Shown here in pieces: positions 10,448 through 18,508 of a DNA stretch of 52,975 bases; position 1 is the first letter of the stretch, and every line of letters begins with the position of its first letter. The translations under genes and the position numbers were made by a program. The stretch covers positions 1-52,975 of the forward strand of contig JAVXDN010000001.1 in the NCBI GenBank assembly GCA_036658935.1, read 5' to 3'. This DNA comes from Bacilli bacterium. Its GTDB lineage: Bacteria; Bacillota_I; Bacilli_A; RF39; UBA660. The notes under the pieces are model-generated. The model was not told where the DNA came from. It searched no databases and saw nothing but the letters and a program-made list of their open reading frames with translations.

Positions 10448-11254
10448 ATGATAGAGTTTATTAAGTCAAATGTAATTTATTATGGTTTATTTAGAGCTGT
10501 GTGCTATATTGCTCTAGGAGTACTTGTTTATTATTTAGCTAAGCTTTTATTATCTAAAGGTATGAGTATTAGTTTAAATAATAAGAAAGTTAATATTAAA
10601 AGGAAGAACACTGTTATTAAATTACTTATGAATATTTTGAAATATGCAATTATAGTTGTTGTGTTATTAGCTCTTCTTAGTATAATTGGAGTTAATGTAA
10701 CCGCTATTGTTGCTTCTCTAGGTATTGCAGGATTAGTTGTCGGTTTTGCTTTAAAAGGAACTATTGAAGATTTAGTAAGCGGAATCTTTATTATAATTGA
10801 TAGCCAATATGAAGTTGGAGATTTTATTGAGGTTGATGGATTTATTGGAGAAGTTATTGAGTTAGGTCTTAAAACTACTAAGATAAAAAGAGCTACTGGA
10901 GAAGTTAAAATAGTGTCTAATAGTCTAATAAAGAATTTAGTTAATTATTCAAAGCAAAATTCAGTTGCAATATGTGAAGTTGGTATAGCTTATGAAGAAG
11001 ATGTTGATAAAGCAATTAGTGTTTTGAATAAGCTTGTTACTAAAATAAAAAAGATTTCTCATGTTAAGGGTAGCGTAGAAGTTCTTGGAGTTCAAGATTT
11101 ATCTTCATCTTGTGTTATATTAAGACTTACAGCAGAAACTGATTCTATGGAGCAATATGGTGTTAGAAGAGAAATACTCAGATTGATTAAAAATGAATTT
11201 GATAAACAAAGTATAAAGATACCTTATCCTCAAGTAGAGGTGCATAATGGATAA
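10448..11254 (+). CDS. Mechanosensitive ion channel (MscS family)
   Basis: Three TMs then the MscS beta-domain (IEDLVSGIFIIIDSQYEVGDFIEVDGFIGEVIELGLKTTKIK). Possible starts are GTG 10439, ATG 10442 and ATG 10448; the last has the best GGAG spacing. Confidence 0.8.
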   Translation: MIEFIKSNVIYYGLFRAVCYIALGVLVYYLAKLLLSKGMSISLNNKKVNIKRKNTVIKLLMNILKYAIIVVVLLALLSIIGVNVTAIVASLGIAGLVVGFALKGTIEDLVSGIFIIIDSQYEVGDFIEVDGFIGEVIELGLKTTKIKRATGEVKIVSNSLIKNLVNYSKQNSVAICEVGIAYEEDVDKAISVLNKLVTKIKKISHVKGSVEVLGVQDLSSSCVILRLTAETDSMEQYGVRREILRLIKNEFDKQSIKIPYPQVEVHNG

Positions 11255-11429
11255 AAGATATAAACTAGGGAGCATAGTGATTATGAAAAAACCTCACGCA
11301 TGCCAAACTAATTTATGGAAAATCGTTAGAGATGGTGTTGATATTAAACTAGAATGTGTACATTGTAAGCATGTTATTATGTTGGATAGATTAGAATTTG
11401 AAAAAAAACTTAAAAAGGTGGAAGAATAA
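11247..11429 (+). CDS. DUF951 family small protein (YyzM-like)
   Basis: 60 aa; MKKPHACQTNLWKIVRDGVDIKLECVHCKHVIML matches my recollection of the DUF951 Cys pattern; same neighbourhood as in Bacillus (near parB/ychF). Confidence 0.65.
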   Translation: MDKRYKLGSIVIMKKPHACQTNLWKIVRDGVDIKLECVHCKHVIMLDRLEFEKKLKKVEE

Positions 11430-12977
11430 ATGAAAGAAAAAATGAAAAAATTTAAGTTAAGTCCAATAATGACTTTTATTATACTTATATTTGGGACTTT
11501 ATTACTAAGTTGGATCTTATCTTTATTTAATGTTCAAGCTGAATATAGTACAGTTAATACTTCAACTAAAGAACTTACTAATAATGTTGTTCAAGTTGAG
11601 AATTTATTAAGTTTATCTGGACTTAAGTATATTGTAACTAGTGCAGTTAGTAATTTTGTTAATTTCACACCTTTATCTATGTTAATTATTACATTGATTG
11701 GTATTGGAGTTATGGAATGGACAGGATTTACTAAAACATTTTTTACTATAATTACTCAAACATTTAAGAAAAATACTATTACTTTTTGGTTGATATTTTT
11801 AAGTATTTTATCTTCTATACTAGGAGATTACGTTTTTGTTATATTATTACCTATTGGGGCTTTGCTATTTAAATATGGTCATAGAAATCCATTAGGTGGA
11901 ATAATTGCTACATTTGCTGGAGTTTCTTTTGGATATGGCGTTAACGTGTTTATGAGTTCAATTGACAGTAGTTTAATGTCTATTACTTTAAATGCTGCGA
12001 CTATTTTAGATGCAAAATATTTAATAAATAATTTTTATGGTATATTTATTATGTTAGCTGCATTAATTATTATGTCTATAGTTATGACAAGAATTACTGA
12101 AAAAATGATTATGCCAAAATTAGGTAAATATGAATTTGATGAAATAGAAACATTGGATAAAGTTAATTTATCTAATAGAGAATTAAGAGGATTAATTGTT
12201 GGTATAGCTGCAGGACTTATATATATATTGGTTATAGCTTATATGATTATTCCTGGACTTCCTTTATCTGGAGGACTTCTTGATAATGGTGGAGAGTTTT
12301 ATATAGATAAATTATTTGGACCTAATAGTCTGTTTAATCAAGGATTTATATTTATTATTACAATGTTCTTTATAGTAATAGGTTTCTTTTACGGAGTGTT
12401 TTCTAAATCGATAAAAAATAATAAAGATGTTACAGATTCTTTAGCTTTTTCATTAGATGGAATTGGTAGTATATTAGTTCTTATATTTGTGGCTTCTGTA
12501 TTTATCGGTGTATTTAAGAAGACTAATATTGGCTTAGTACTTACTGCTGGATTATCTAATTTGATTGGAACATCTAATTTCACTGGAATAGGACTTATTT
12601 TACTTTTATTTGGCATCGCTATATTAAGTAATTTATTCTTAACAAGTTCTCCTTTGAAATGGGCAATTTTATCTGGAATTACTGTTCCGGTATTTATGAA
12701 TGCTAGTCTATCTCCGGAATTTGCACAAATAATATTTAGTGCTGGATCTAGTGTTACTATGGGACTTACACCATTAATGGCATATTTCGTTATTTATATT
12801 GCATTTTTAGAGAAATATAATAAGAGTGAAACTATTACTTTATTTGGAAGTTTAAGATATTTAGCTCCTTATAGTGTTGCAGTTTGTATAATTTGGTTCA
12901 TTTTACTAATTGGATGGTATATTACTGGTATACCCCTTGGTATTGAAACTTTAACAGGAGTAATGTATGTCGCTTAA
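11430..12977 (+). CDS. AbgT family transporter (p-aminobenzoyl-glutamate transporter-like)
   Basis: 515 aa polytopic protein; N-terminal LSPIMTFIILIFG and GIGVMEWTGF segments resemble AbgT/MtrF family signatures. Confidence 0.65.
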   Translation: MKEKMKKFKLSPIMTFIILIFGTLLLSWILSLFNVQAEYSTVNTSTKELTNNVVQVENLLSLSGLKYIVTSAVSNFVNFTPLSMLIITLIGIGVMEWTGFTKTFFTIITQTFKKNTITFWLIFLSILSSILGDYVFVILLPIGALLFKYGHRNPLGGIIATFAGVSFGYGVNVFMSSIDSSLMSITLNAATILDAKYLINNFYGIFIMLAALIIMSIVMTRITEKMIMPKLGKYEFDEIETLDKVNLSNRELRGLIVGIAAGLIYILVIAYMIIPGLPLSGGLLDNGGEFYIDKLFGPNSLFNQGFIFIITMFFIVIGFFYGVFSKSIKNNKDVTDSLAFSLDGIGSILVLIFVASVFIGVFKKTNIGLVLTAGLSNLIGTSNFTGIGLILLLFGIAILSNLFLTSSPLKWAILSGITVPVFMNASLSPEFAQIIFSAGSSVTMGLTPLMAYFVIYIAFLEKYNKSETITLFGSLRYLAPYSVAVCIIWFILLIGWYITGIPLGIETLTGVMYVA

Positions 12978-14067
12978 AGCAGGTATAGTTGGATTACCAA
13001 ATGTAGGGAAAAGCACTTTATTTAATGCAGTTACAAAAAAACATATTTTAGCTGAAAATTATCCTTTCGCTACTATAGATCCAAATGTTGGCGTTGTTAG
13101 TGTACCTGATAAAAGATTAGATATTTTAAATAATATGTATATCCCTAAGAAATTGATTTCAACTCAATTTGAGTTTATTGATATAGCGGGTCTTGTAAAA
13201 GGTGCATCAAAAGGAGAAGGATTAGGTAATAAGTTTTTATCTCATGTAAGAGAAGTTGATGCTATTATTGAAGTAGTTAGATGTTTTGATAATAAAGATA
13301 TTATTCATGTAGAAGGATCTGTTGATCCTTTAAGAGATGTTGATATTATAAATATAGAACTAATTCTAAGTGATATGGAAATAGTGGATAACAGAATATC
13401 TAAGATAGAAAAAAAAGCTATTACTACTAATGACAAGGATGGATTAAGAGAGTTAAATATATTAAAAAAATGTCAAGAAAATTTAGGAAAAGGTATTCCT
13501 TTAAGAAGTATAGGTCTAGAGAAAGAGGAAATAGAAGTTATTAAATCATATAATTTTATTACTTTAAAACCTATTATATATCTTGCTAATGTGGATCAAA
13601 TGGATTTAGTGACTAAAACTAATCCTTATATAGAAGTTTTAGAAAAAGTCGCTTTAGAAGAAAATGCTCCTATAATAATTATGTGTACTGAGATAGAAAG
13701 TGAACTTGCAGAATTAGATGATACTGAAAAAAACGAGTTTTTAAATGAAATTGGAATTGATGAAAGTGGACTCGATAAATTAATTAAAACAACTTATGAA
13801 TTACTTGGTCTTAAGACATTTTTTACAGTTGGAAGTGATGAAGTCAAGGCATGGACTTTTATTGATGGAATGAAAGCTCCTGATTGTGCAGGAATTATTC
13901 ATACTGATTTTAAAAAAGGTTTTATTAGAGCTGAGGTAATTAGTTATGAAGATTTAATTAGTTGTGGTAGTGAATTAAAAGTCAAAGAAGCAGGTAAAGC
14001 TAGAGTCGAAGGTAAAGAATATATTATGAAAGATGGAGACATTTGTCATTTTAGATTTAATGTTTGA
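12967..14067 (+). CDS. ychF: Ribosome-binding / redox-regulated ATPase YchF
   Basis: GIVGLPNVGKSTLFNA P-loop, 366 aa, C-terminal TGS-like domain ending DGDICHFRFNV. Confidence 0.95.
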   Translation: MSLKAGIVGLPNVGKSTLFNAVTKKHILAENYPFATIDPNVGVVSVPDKRLDILNNMYIPKKLISTQFEFIDIAGLVKGASKGEGLGNKFLSHVREVDAIIEVVRCFDNKDIIHVEGSVDPLRDVDIINIELILSDMEIVDNRISKIEKKAITTNDKDGLRELNILKKCQENLGKGIPLRSIGLEKEEIEVIKSYNFITLKPIIYLANVDQMDLVTKTNPYIEVLEKVALEENAPIIIMCTEIESELAELDDTEKNEFLNEIGIDESGLDKLIKTTYELLGLKTFFTVGSDEVKAWTFIDGMKAPDCAGIIHTDFKKGFIRAEVISYEDLISCGSELKVKEAGKARVEGKEYIMKDGDICHFRFNV

Positions 14068-14117
14068 ATAATTGAGAAAAACGTGTATAATATTCTTTAG
14101 AAGAAGAAGGAGGTATT

Positions 14118-14471
14118 GTGGAGAAATATTGTGTTAATTGTGGTGCCAAAATAACTGAAGATCAAGATGTATGCTTGAAATGCGGTAGAAACTTGAAAAA
14201 TGTTTCAAAAATTCAATTTACTGGTAAATCTAAAGTTGCTGCTGGATTATTAGCCTTATTTTTCGGAGTATTTGGTGTTCATAATTTTTACTTAGGTTAT
14301 AATTCTAAAGGAGCAACTCAATTAGTATTAACTATTGTAGGATTTATTCTTTGTATAGTTATAATTGGTATATTTATGGTTGTTGCTGTAGAAATATGGG
14401 CTTTTGTAGAAGCTATTATGATTTTTTGCGGTAATATTAAAGATGCAGATGGAAATGAATTAATTAATTAA
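14118..14471 (+). CDS. Zinc-ribbon + TM2 domain membrane protein
   Basis: N-terminal CxxC...CxxC ribbon (CVNCGAK...CLKCG) and TM2 signature LALFFGVFGVHNFYLGY; GTG start 4 nt after AAGGAGG. Confidence 0.7.
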   Translation: MEKYCVNCGAKITEDQDVCLKCGRNLKNVSKIQFTGKSKVAAGLLALFFGVFGVHNFYLGYNSKGATQLVLTIVGFILCIVIIGIFMVVAVEIWAFVEAIMIFCGNIKDADGNELIN

Positions 14472-14482
14472 GGAGAGAAAAA

Positions 14483-15205
14483 ATGGAAAAAAATTGTGTT
14501 AGTCATGAAGATGAAATAAAAGATGATAAGAAAGTTTCTTCTAATAGTAATGAAGAAACTAATAGTTCTACTGTAAATTATATAAATAGAAAAGATATTA
14601 AATCAAGAGCATCTAAGATACTTGAAAACAATTTATGGAATATATTTAAACCAAGTTTATTATTGATATTGATATCAGTTCTTTATACATTTTTATTAAC
14701 AATATTTAAAGTTGATATTAATGATAAATTTTATGTAATTTATGAATTTATATATAGTCTTGTTGTTACACCAATAACTGTAGGAATATGTGCTTATACT
14801 TTAGCTATAATCAGAAAAAAACCTTTTTCTTTAAAATTAGTGTTTTCTGAATATAAAAATGTAGTTATAATAGTACTTACTTCTATTTTAGTATTTGTAT
14901 TTACATTTCTATGGACTTTACTATTAGTTGTACCTGGAATAATAGCATCTCTAAGTTATTCACTTGTTTATTATTTATTAGCTGATAAAGATAAAGGTGG
15001 AACTGATACTATATCTAAAAGTAAATATATGATGAAAGGATATAAAGGAAATTATTTATTATTTAATCTTAGTTTCATTCCTTGGATACTATTAGTTATT
15101 ATTACTTTTGGTATAGCTTCTATATATGTTGTACCTTATATGAATGTATCTCAAGCTTTATATTATGAAGAACTTAAAAAAATTAAATCAATAAAAATTG
15201 ACTAA
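14483..15205 (+). CDS. DUF975 family membrane protein
   Basis: 240 aa; multi-TM with a DUF975-like C-terminal segment (FGIASIYVVPYMNVSQALYY). Confidence 0.55.
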   Translation: MEKNCVSHEDEIKDDKKVSSNSNEETNSSTVNYINRKDIKSRASKILENNLWNIFKPSLLLILISVLYTFLLTIFKVDINDKFYVIYEFIYSLVVTPITVGICAYTLAIIRKKPFSLKLVFSEYKNVVIIVLTSILVFVFTFLWTLLLVVPGIIASLSYSLVYYLLADKDKGGTDTISKSKYMMKGYKGNYLLFNLSFIPWILLVIITFGIASIYVVPYMNVSQALYYEELKKIKSIKID

Positions 15206-15232
15206 TATATAAATATATATTAGTTTTTTTTT
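15201..15232 (+). terminator. Candidate intrinsic terminator after the DUF975 gene
   Basis: Palindrome CTAATATATA/TATATATTAG followed by a T9 run; AT-only stem, so weak. Confidence 0.4.
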
Positions 15233-15257
15233 CATATAATATATCATTATTATGTTG

Positions 15258-15287
15258 TTTACATACAACGGTCTGATATGTTATAAT
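15258..15287 (+). promoter_or_regulatory. Candidate promoter of the rpsF-ssb-rpsR operon
   Basis: TTTACA (15258-15263), 18-nt spacer, extended -10 TGtTATAAT (15279-15287). Confidence 0.55.
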
Positions 15288-15294
15288 ACATGTG

Positions 15295-15357
15295 AGCGAA
15301 AGCTCCTTGTTTCTTATAAAGTTAAGAAACCATTTGACCATAAGGAGGTGTAAAGAT
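15295..15357 (+). promoter_or_regulatory. rpsF 5' leader with hairpin and anti-SD element (possible S6:S18 autoregulatory leader)
   Basis: Perfect 8-bp hairpin GTTTCTTA-taaagt-TAAGAAAC (15309-15330). It is flanked by CTCCTT (15303-15308), which is complementary to the SD AAGGAG (15342-15347). Confidence 0.4.
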
Positions 15358-15645
15358 ATGAATAAATATGAAATAATGTTTATCGTGAAAGCTGATTTAG
15401 GAGAAGAAGAAGGACAAAAAACTGCAAAAGATTTTGAAGAAATTTTAACTTCTTATAAAGCTACTATTGAAAACTCAAAAGATATGGGTGTTCAAAGATT
15501 AGCTTATCCAATTAAAGATGCTGTTAGAGGAAATTATCACGTGCTAAATGTTACTGCTTCTGCAGAAGCTATTAAAGAATTTGATAGAAAAGCTTTAATA
15601 GATGAAAGAATACTTAGACATTTAATTATTAAGGACGGTGAATAA
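15358..15645 (+). CDS. rpsF: 30S ribosomal protein S6
   Basis: MNKYEIMFIVKAD... canonical S6 N-terminus. The ATG at 15358 lies 10 nt after AAGGAGG; the 15292 extension in the ORF track is leader sequence. Confidence 0.95.
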   Translation: MNKYEIMFIVKADLGEEEGQKTAKDFEEILTSYKATIENSKDMGVQRLAYPIKDAVRGNYHVLNVTASAEAIKEFDRKALIDERILRHLIIKDGE

Positions 15646-15647
15646 AT

Positions 15648-16127
15648 ATGAATAAAGTTGCATTAATAGGAAGAATTACTAAGGATTTAGAGTTAAAAGT
15701 TACAGGTTCTGGACTTGCAACATTAAGATTTTCTTTAGCTATAAATAGAATTGTTAAAAATAAAGATGGAAAATATGATGCAGATTTTATCAATTGTGTA
15801 GCTTTTGGAAAAACAGCAGAAATAATTAGTAAATACTGTTTTAAAGGATCTCAAATAGCTATTGAAGGAAGAATTCAAACTGGTAGTTATGATGCACAAG
15901 ATGGAACTAAAAGATATACTACAGATGTAGTCGTTGATAGATTAGAACTTTTAGGTTCTAAGAAAGATAATGAAACAAATTTAAATGTAAATGTTGATTC
16001 AAGTTTTGAATATGCTTCTAATGTAGATGGACCTAGTCAATACACTGGAATAGATGTTCCAAATGATAACCCATTTAAAGACTTTGGAAATGAAGTTACT
16101 TTAAGTGACGATGATTTACCATTTTAG
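15648..16127 (+). CDS. ssb: Single-stranded DNA-binding protein
   Basis: OB-fold N-terminus MNKVALIGRITKDLELK, acidic tail ending DDDLPF. Confidence 0.95.
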   Translation: MNKVALIGRITKDLELKVTGSGLATLRFSLAINRIVKNKDGKYDADFINCVAFGKTAEIISKYCFKGSQIAIEGRIQTGSYDAQDGTKRYTTDVVVDRLELLGSKKDNETNLNVNVDSSFEYASNVDGPSQYTGIDVPNDNPFKDFGNEVTLSDDDLPF

Positions 16128-16139
16128 AAAGGAGATATT

Positions 16140-16355
16140 ATGGGAGAGTTTTATCCAAGAAAAAAGAAAATTTGCCAGATGTGTGCTGGTAAAGGAGTAG
16201 ATTATAAAGATGTTAAAATAATTTTAAAATATATTAATGAAAAGGGCAAGATATTACCTAGAAGAATGACAGGTGCTTGTGCTAAACATCAAAGATATAT
16301 AGCTACTCAAGTTAAAAGAGCTAGATTTATGGCTTTAATACCTTATGTTAAATAA
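16140..16355 (+). CDS. rpsR: 30S ribosomal protein S18
   Basis: 71 aa; IDYKDV...[17 protein letters not shown]...[21 protein letters not shown]. Confidence 0.95.
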   Translation: MGEFYPRKKKICQMCAGKGVDYKDVKIILKYINEKGKILPRRMTGACAKHQRYIATQVKRARFMALIPYVK

Positions 16356-16387
16356 AAACTTAAAATAATAATTTTTAAGTTTTTTTA
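16354..16387. terminator. Bidirectional intrinsic terminator between rpsR and the convergent peptidase gene
   Basis: AAAACTTAAAA-taataat-TTTTAAGTTTT hairpin flanked by A and T runs. Confidence 0.5.
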
Positions 16388-16406
16388 TATAAAAAAGCTA
16401 ATAATA

Positions 16407-17075
16407 TCAGTCGTTATTATCAGCCATAAATATTAATCTTAATAATTGTAGAATACTTGTCAGTAATCCAGCTACATATGTAAGTGCAGCTGCTTTTAAC
16501 ATAATTGTAGATCCATTAATATCTGAAGTAGTTGTATCTTTTATATTTTTCATCTCTTTTAGTGCTCTAGATGAAGCATTAAATTCAACTGGAAGTGTTA
16601 TTAATTCAAAAAGTACTCCTATACTTACAAGTATAATACCAATCCAAACTAAATTAGTTATTGATGATATAAATCCAATTAATATTACAAAGTATGCTAT
16701 ATTAGATGTGAAATTTACTATAGGAACTAAAGTTCCTCTTATTTTAAAGAATAAATAATTATCTTTATCTTGTAATGCATGCCCTACTTCGTGAGAAGCT
16801 ACTGCTATAGAAGCAACTGTATCACTTTTATATACAGATGAGGATAATTTAATAGTCTTTCTTCTTGGATCATAATGATCAGTTAGCATACCTTTGGTTT
16901 CTAAAATTAATATATCTTTTAGACCATTTTTATCTAATATTTCTCTAGCGATATCATAACCTGTTTTATTTGAATCGTTTTTAATTTTTGAATATTTGGA
17001 GTATGAACTATTTATATATAGTTGTGCACATACTGGGATTATTAATATTATAATCAAAAATAATATGTCGTTCAT
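16407..17075 (-). CDS. Membrane zinc metallopeptidase (YugP / Zn_peptidase_2 family)
   Basis: HEVGHALQ zinc motif, N- and C-terminal TMs, 222 aa. Confidence 0.8.
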   Translation of the reverse strand: MNDILFLIIILIIPVCAQLYINSSYSKYSKIKNDSNKTGYDIAREILDKNGLKDILILETKGMLTDHYDPRRKTIKLSSSVYKSDTVASIAVASHEVGHALQDKDNYLFFKIRGTLVPIVNFTSNIAYFVILIGFISSITNLVWIGIILVSIGVLFELITLPVEFNASSRALKEMKNIKDTTTSDINGSTIMLKAAALTYVAGLLTSILQLLRLIFMADNND

Positions 17076-17089
17076 TTAATTCCTCTTTT

Positions 17090-18409
17090 CTATAAAATAT
17101 TTTTTTCTACTAATTGTTGTCTTAATTTATCAGCTTCTTCATATTTAGCTTCTTTTCTTAAGTTAATCCAATTATTATATAAATTATTATCTTCAACACT
17201 TAAATCTTTTAATTCGTATTTTAGTCCTAAAATATAATTTATAATTATTATTTTATCGTAGTTTTGTGAAATATTAGTGTTATCATTTGATCTTATAGCA
17301 TTATTTAAATTTTTTATTAATTCTAGAAGATATGTAATAACATTTGATGTGTTAAAGTCATTATTCATATATTCCTCTACTACATTGTCTTTTGTTATTA
17401 ATCCTATTTTAATATTGTTTAAATGTATTAATACATTTGCTTGTTTAAGTACATTATTTAGTTTATCATCAATAGTTCCACATTCTAAGTATAGCTTCTC
17501 TGTAAGTGATAATGGTAAGCGATAATGGTTTTTAAGTATAGCTAGTCTTATTATATTAGAATTGTAAGTTTTAAGTATATCGTCTACGTAAAGCACGTTT
17601 CCGATAGATTTACTCATCTTTTCTCCATTAAGCATTAAATGTCCGTTGTGCATCCAGTATCTAGCTAAGTTATTATTATATGCTGCATTAGCTTGCGCTA
17701 TTTCATTTTCATGATGTGGGAATTTTAAATCTATTCCTCCTCCATGTATATCTAAGTCCATACCAAATATTTTATTAACCATTACAACACATTCTGTATG
17801 CCATCCTGGTCTACCAGTTCCAAATGGTGCATCCCATTTAATTCCTTCTTTAGTTTTTTTCCATAATACAAAATCATATGGATTTTTTTTGTTATCATCA
17901 ACATCTATTCTATTTCCATAATCTAGTGATGAAATCACTTGGTTAGAAAGTTTGCCGTAATCTTTTATCATGTCTATACTAAAGAATATATCGTCTCCAC
18001 TTTGATAAGCATAACCTTTTTCTAATAAAAGTGAAATAAATTTTATAATATCACTCATATATTCTGTTACTCTAGGTCTATAAGTCACATCTTCACAGTT
18101 TAATTTATGTAAGTCACTTAAATATAACGCTGCGTATTTATCAGCTATATCTTTTTCAGTAACATTTTCTTCTATAGCAGCTTCAATGATTTTATCATCA
18201 ACATCAGTAAAATTAGAAGCATAATTCACTTCATAACCTAGATACTCAAAATATCTTTTTACTGTATCAAAAAATATTACTGGATACATATGTCCTAAAT
18301 GTGTCCTCTTATTAACAGTTGGACCACAAACATACATGTTTAGTACTTTTTCTTTTTTTGGAATAAATTCTTCTAGTTCATTTGATATTGAATTATATAA
18401 TTTCATCAT
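17090..18409 (-). CDS. cysS: Cysteine--tRNA ligase
   Basis: Class I HIGH (HLGHM) and KMSKS (GEKMSKSIGN) motifs, CGPTV N-terminus; tandem ATGs (18409/18406). Confidence 0.95.
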   Translation of the reverse strand: MMKLYNSISNELEEFIPKKEKVLNMYVCGPTVNKRTHLGHMYPVIFFDTVKRYFEYLGYEVNYASNFTDVDDKIIEAAIEENVTEKDIADKYAALYLSDLHKLNCEDVTYRPRVTEYMSDIIKFISLLLEKGYAYQSGDDIFFSIDMIKDYGKLSNQVISSLDYGNRIDVDDNKKNPYDFVLWKKTKEGIKWDAPFGTGRPGWHTECVVMVNKIFGMDLDIHGGGIDLKFPHHENEIAQANAAYNNNLARYWMHNGHLMLNGEKMSKSIGNVLYVDDILKTYNSNIIRLAILKNHYRLPLSLTEKLYLECGTIDDKLNNVLKQANVLIHLNNIKIGLITKDNVVEEYMNNDFNTSNVITYLLELIKNLNNAIRSNDNTNISQNYDKIIIINYILGLKYELKDLSVEDNNLYNNWINLRKEAKYEEADKLRQQLVEKNIL

Positions 18410-18469
18410 TACACTTCCTTTTATATATTTTATGTTAATATAACTAATTCGTATGTCTATTTTATCATA

Positions 18470-18508
18470 AAGTTAAATAAAAAACTACTTATGAAATTTA
18501 AGTAGTTT
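18470..18508 (-). terminator. Intrinsic terminator after the clpC-like gene
   Basis: 9-bp stem AAACTACTT/AAGTAGTTT (18482-18508) overlapping the stop codon; T-rich tract downstream on the minus strand. Confidence 0.5.

Noticed and set aside
15292-15357. N-terminal extensions offered by the ORF track. These are GTG 15292 for rpsF, ATG 28539 for rplM, TTG 1395 for mnmG, TTG 22338 for the pseudouridine synthase, GTG 24753 for lysS, TTG 29573 for the ABC-like gene, TTG 31297 for Abi, GTG 44333 for the ATPase and GTG 51635 for MazG
   Set aside because: In each case an internal ATG with a properly spaced Shine-Dalgarno sequence matches the conserved family N-terminus. The extension would run through promoter or leader sequence or through the RBS itself.
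15536-15551. parS-like CACGTG cores at about 15545 (inside rpsF) and about 37857
   Set aside because: The flanks match the TGTTNCACGTGAAACA consensus poorly. The better site matches at about 10 of 16 positions and the other is worse, so neither is a credible ParB site.
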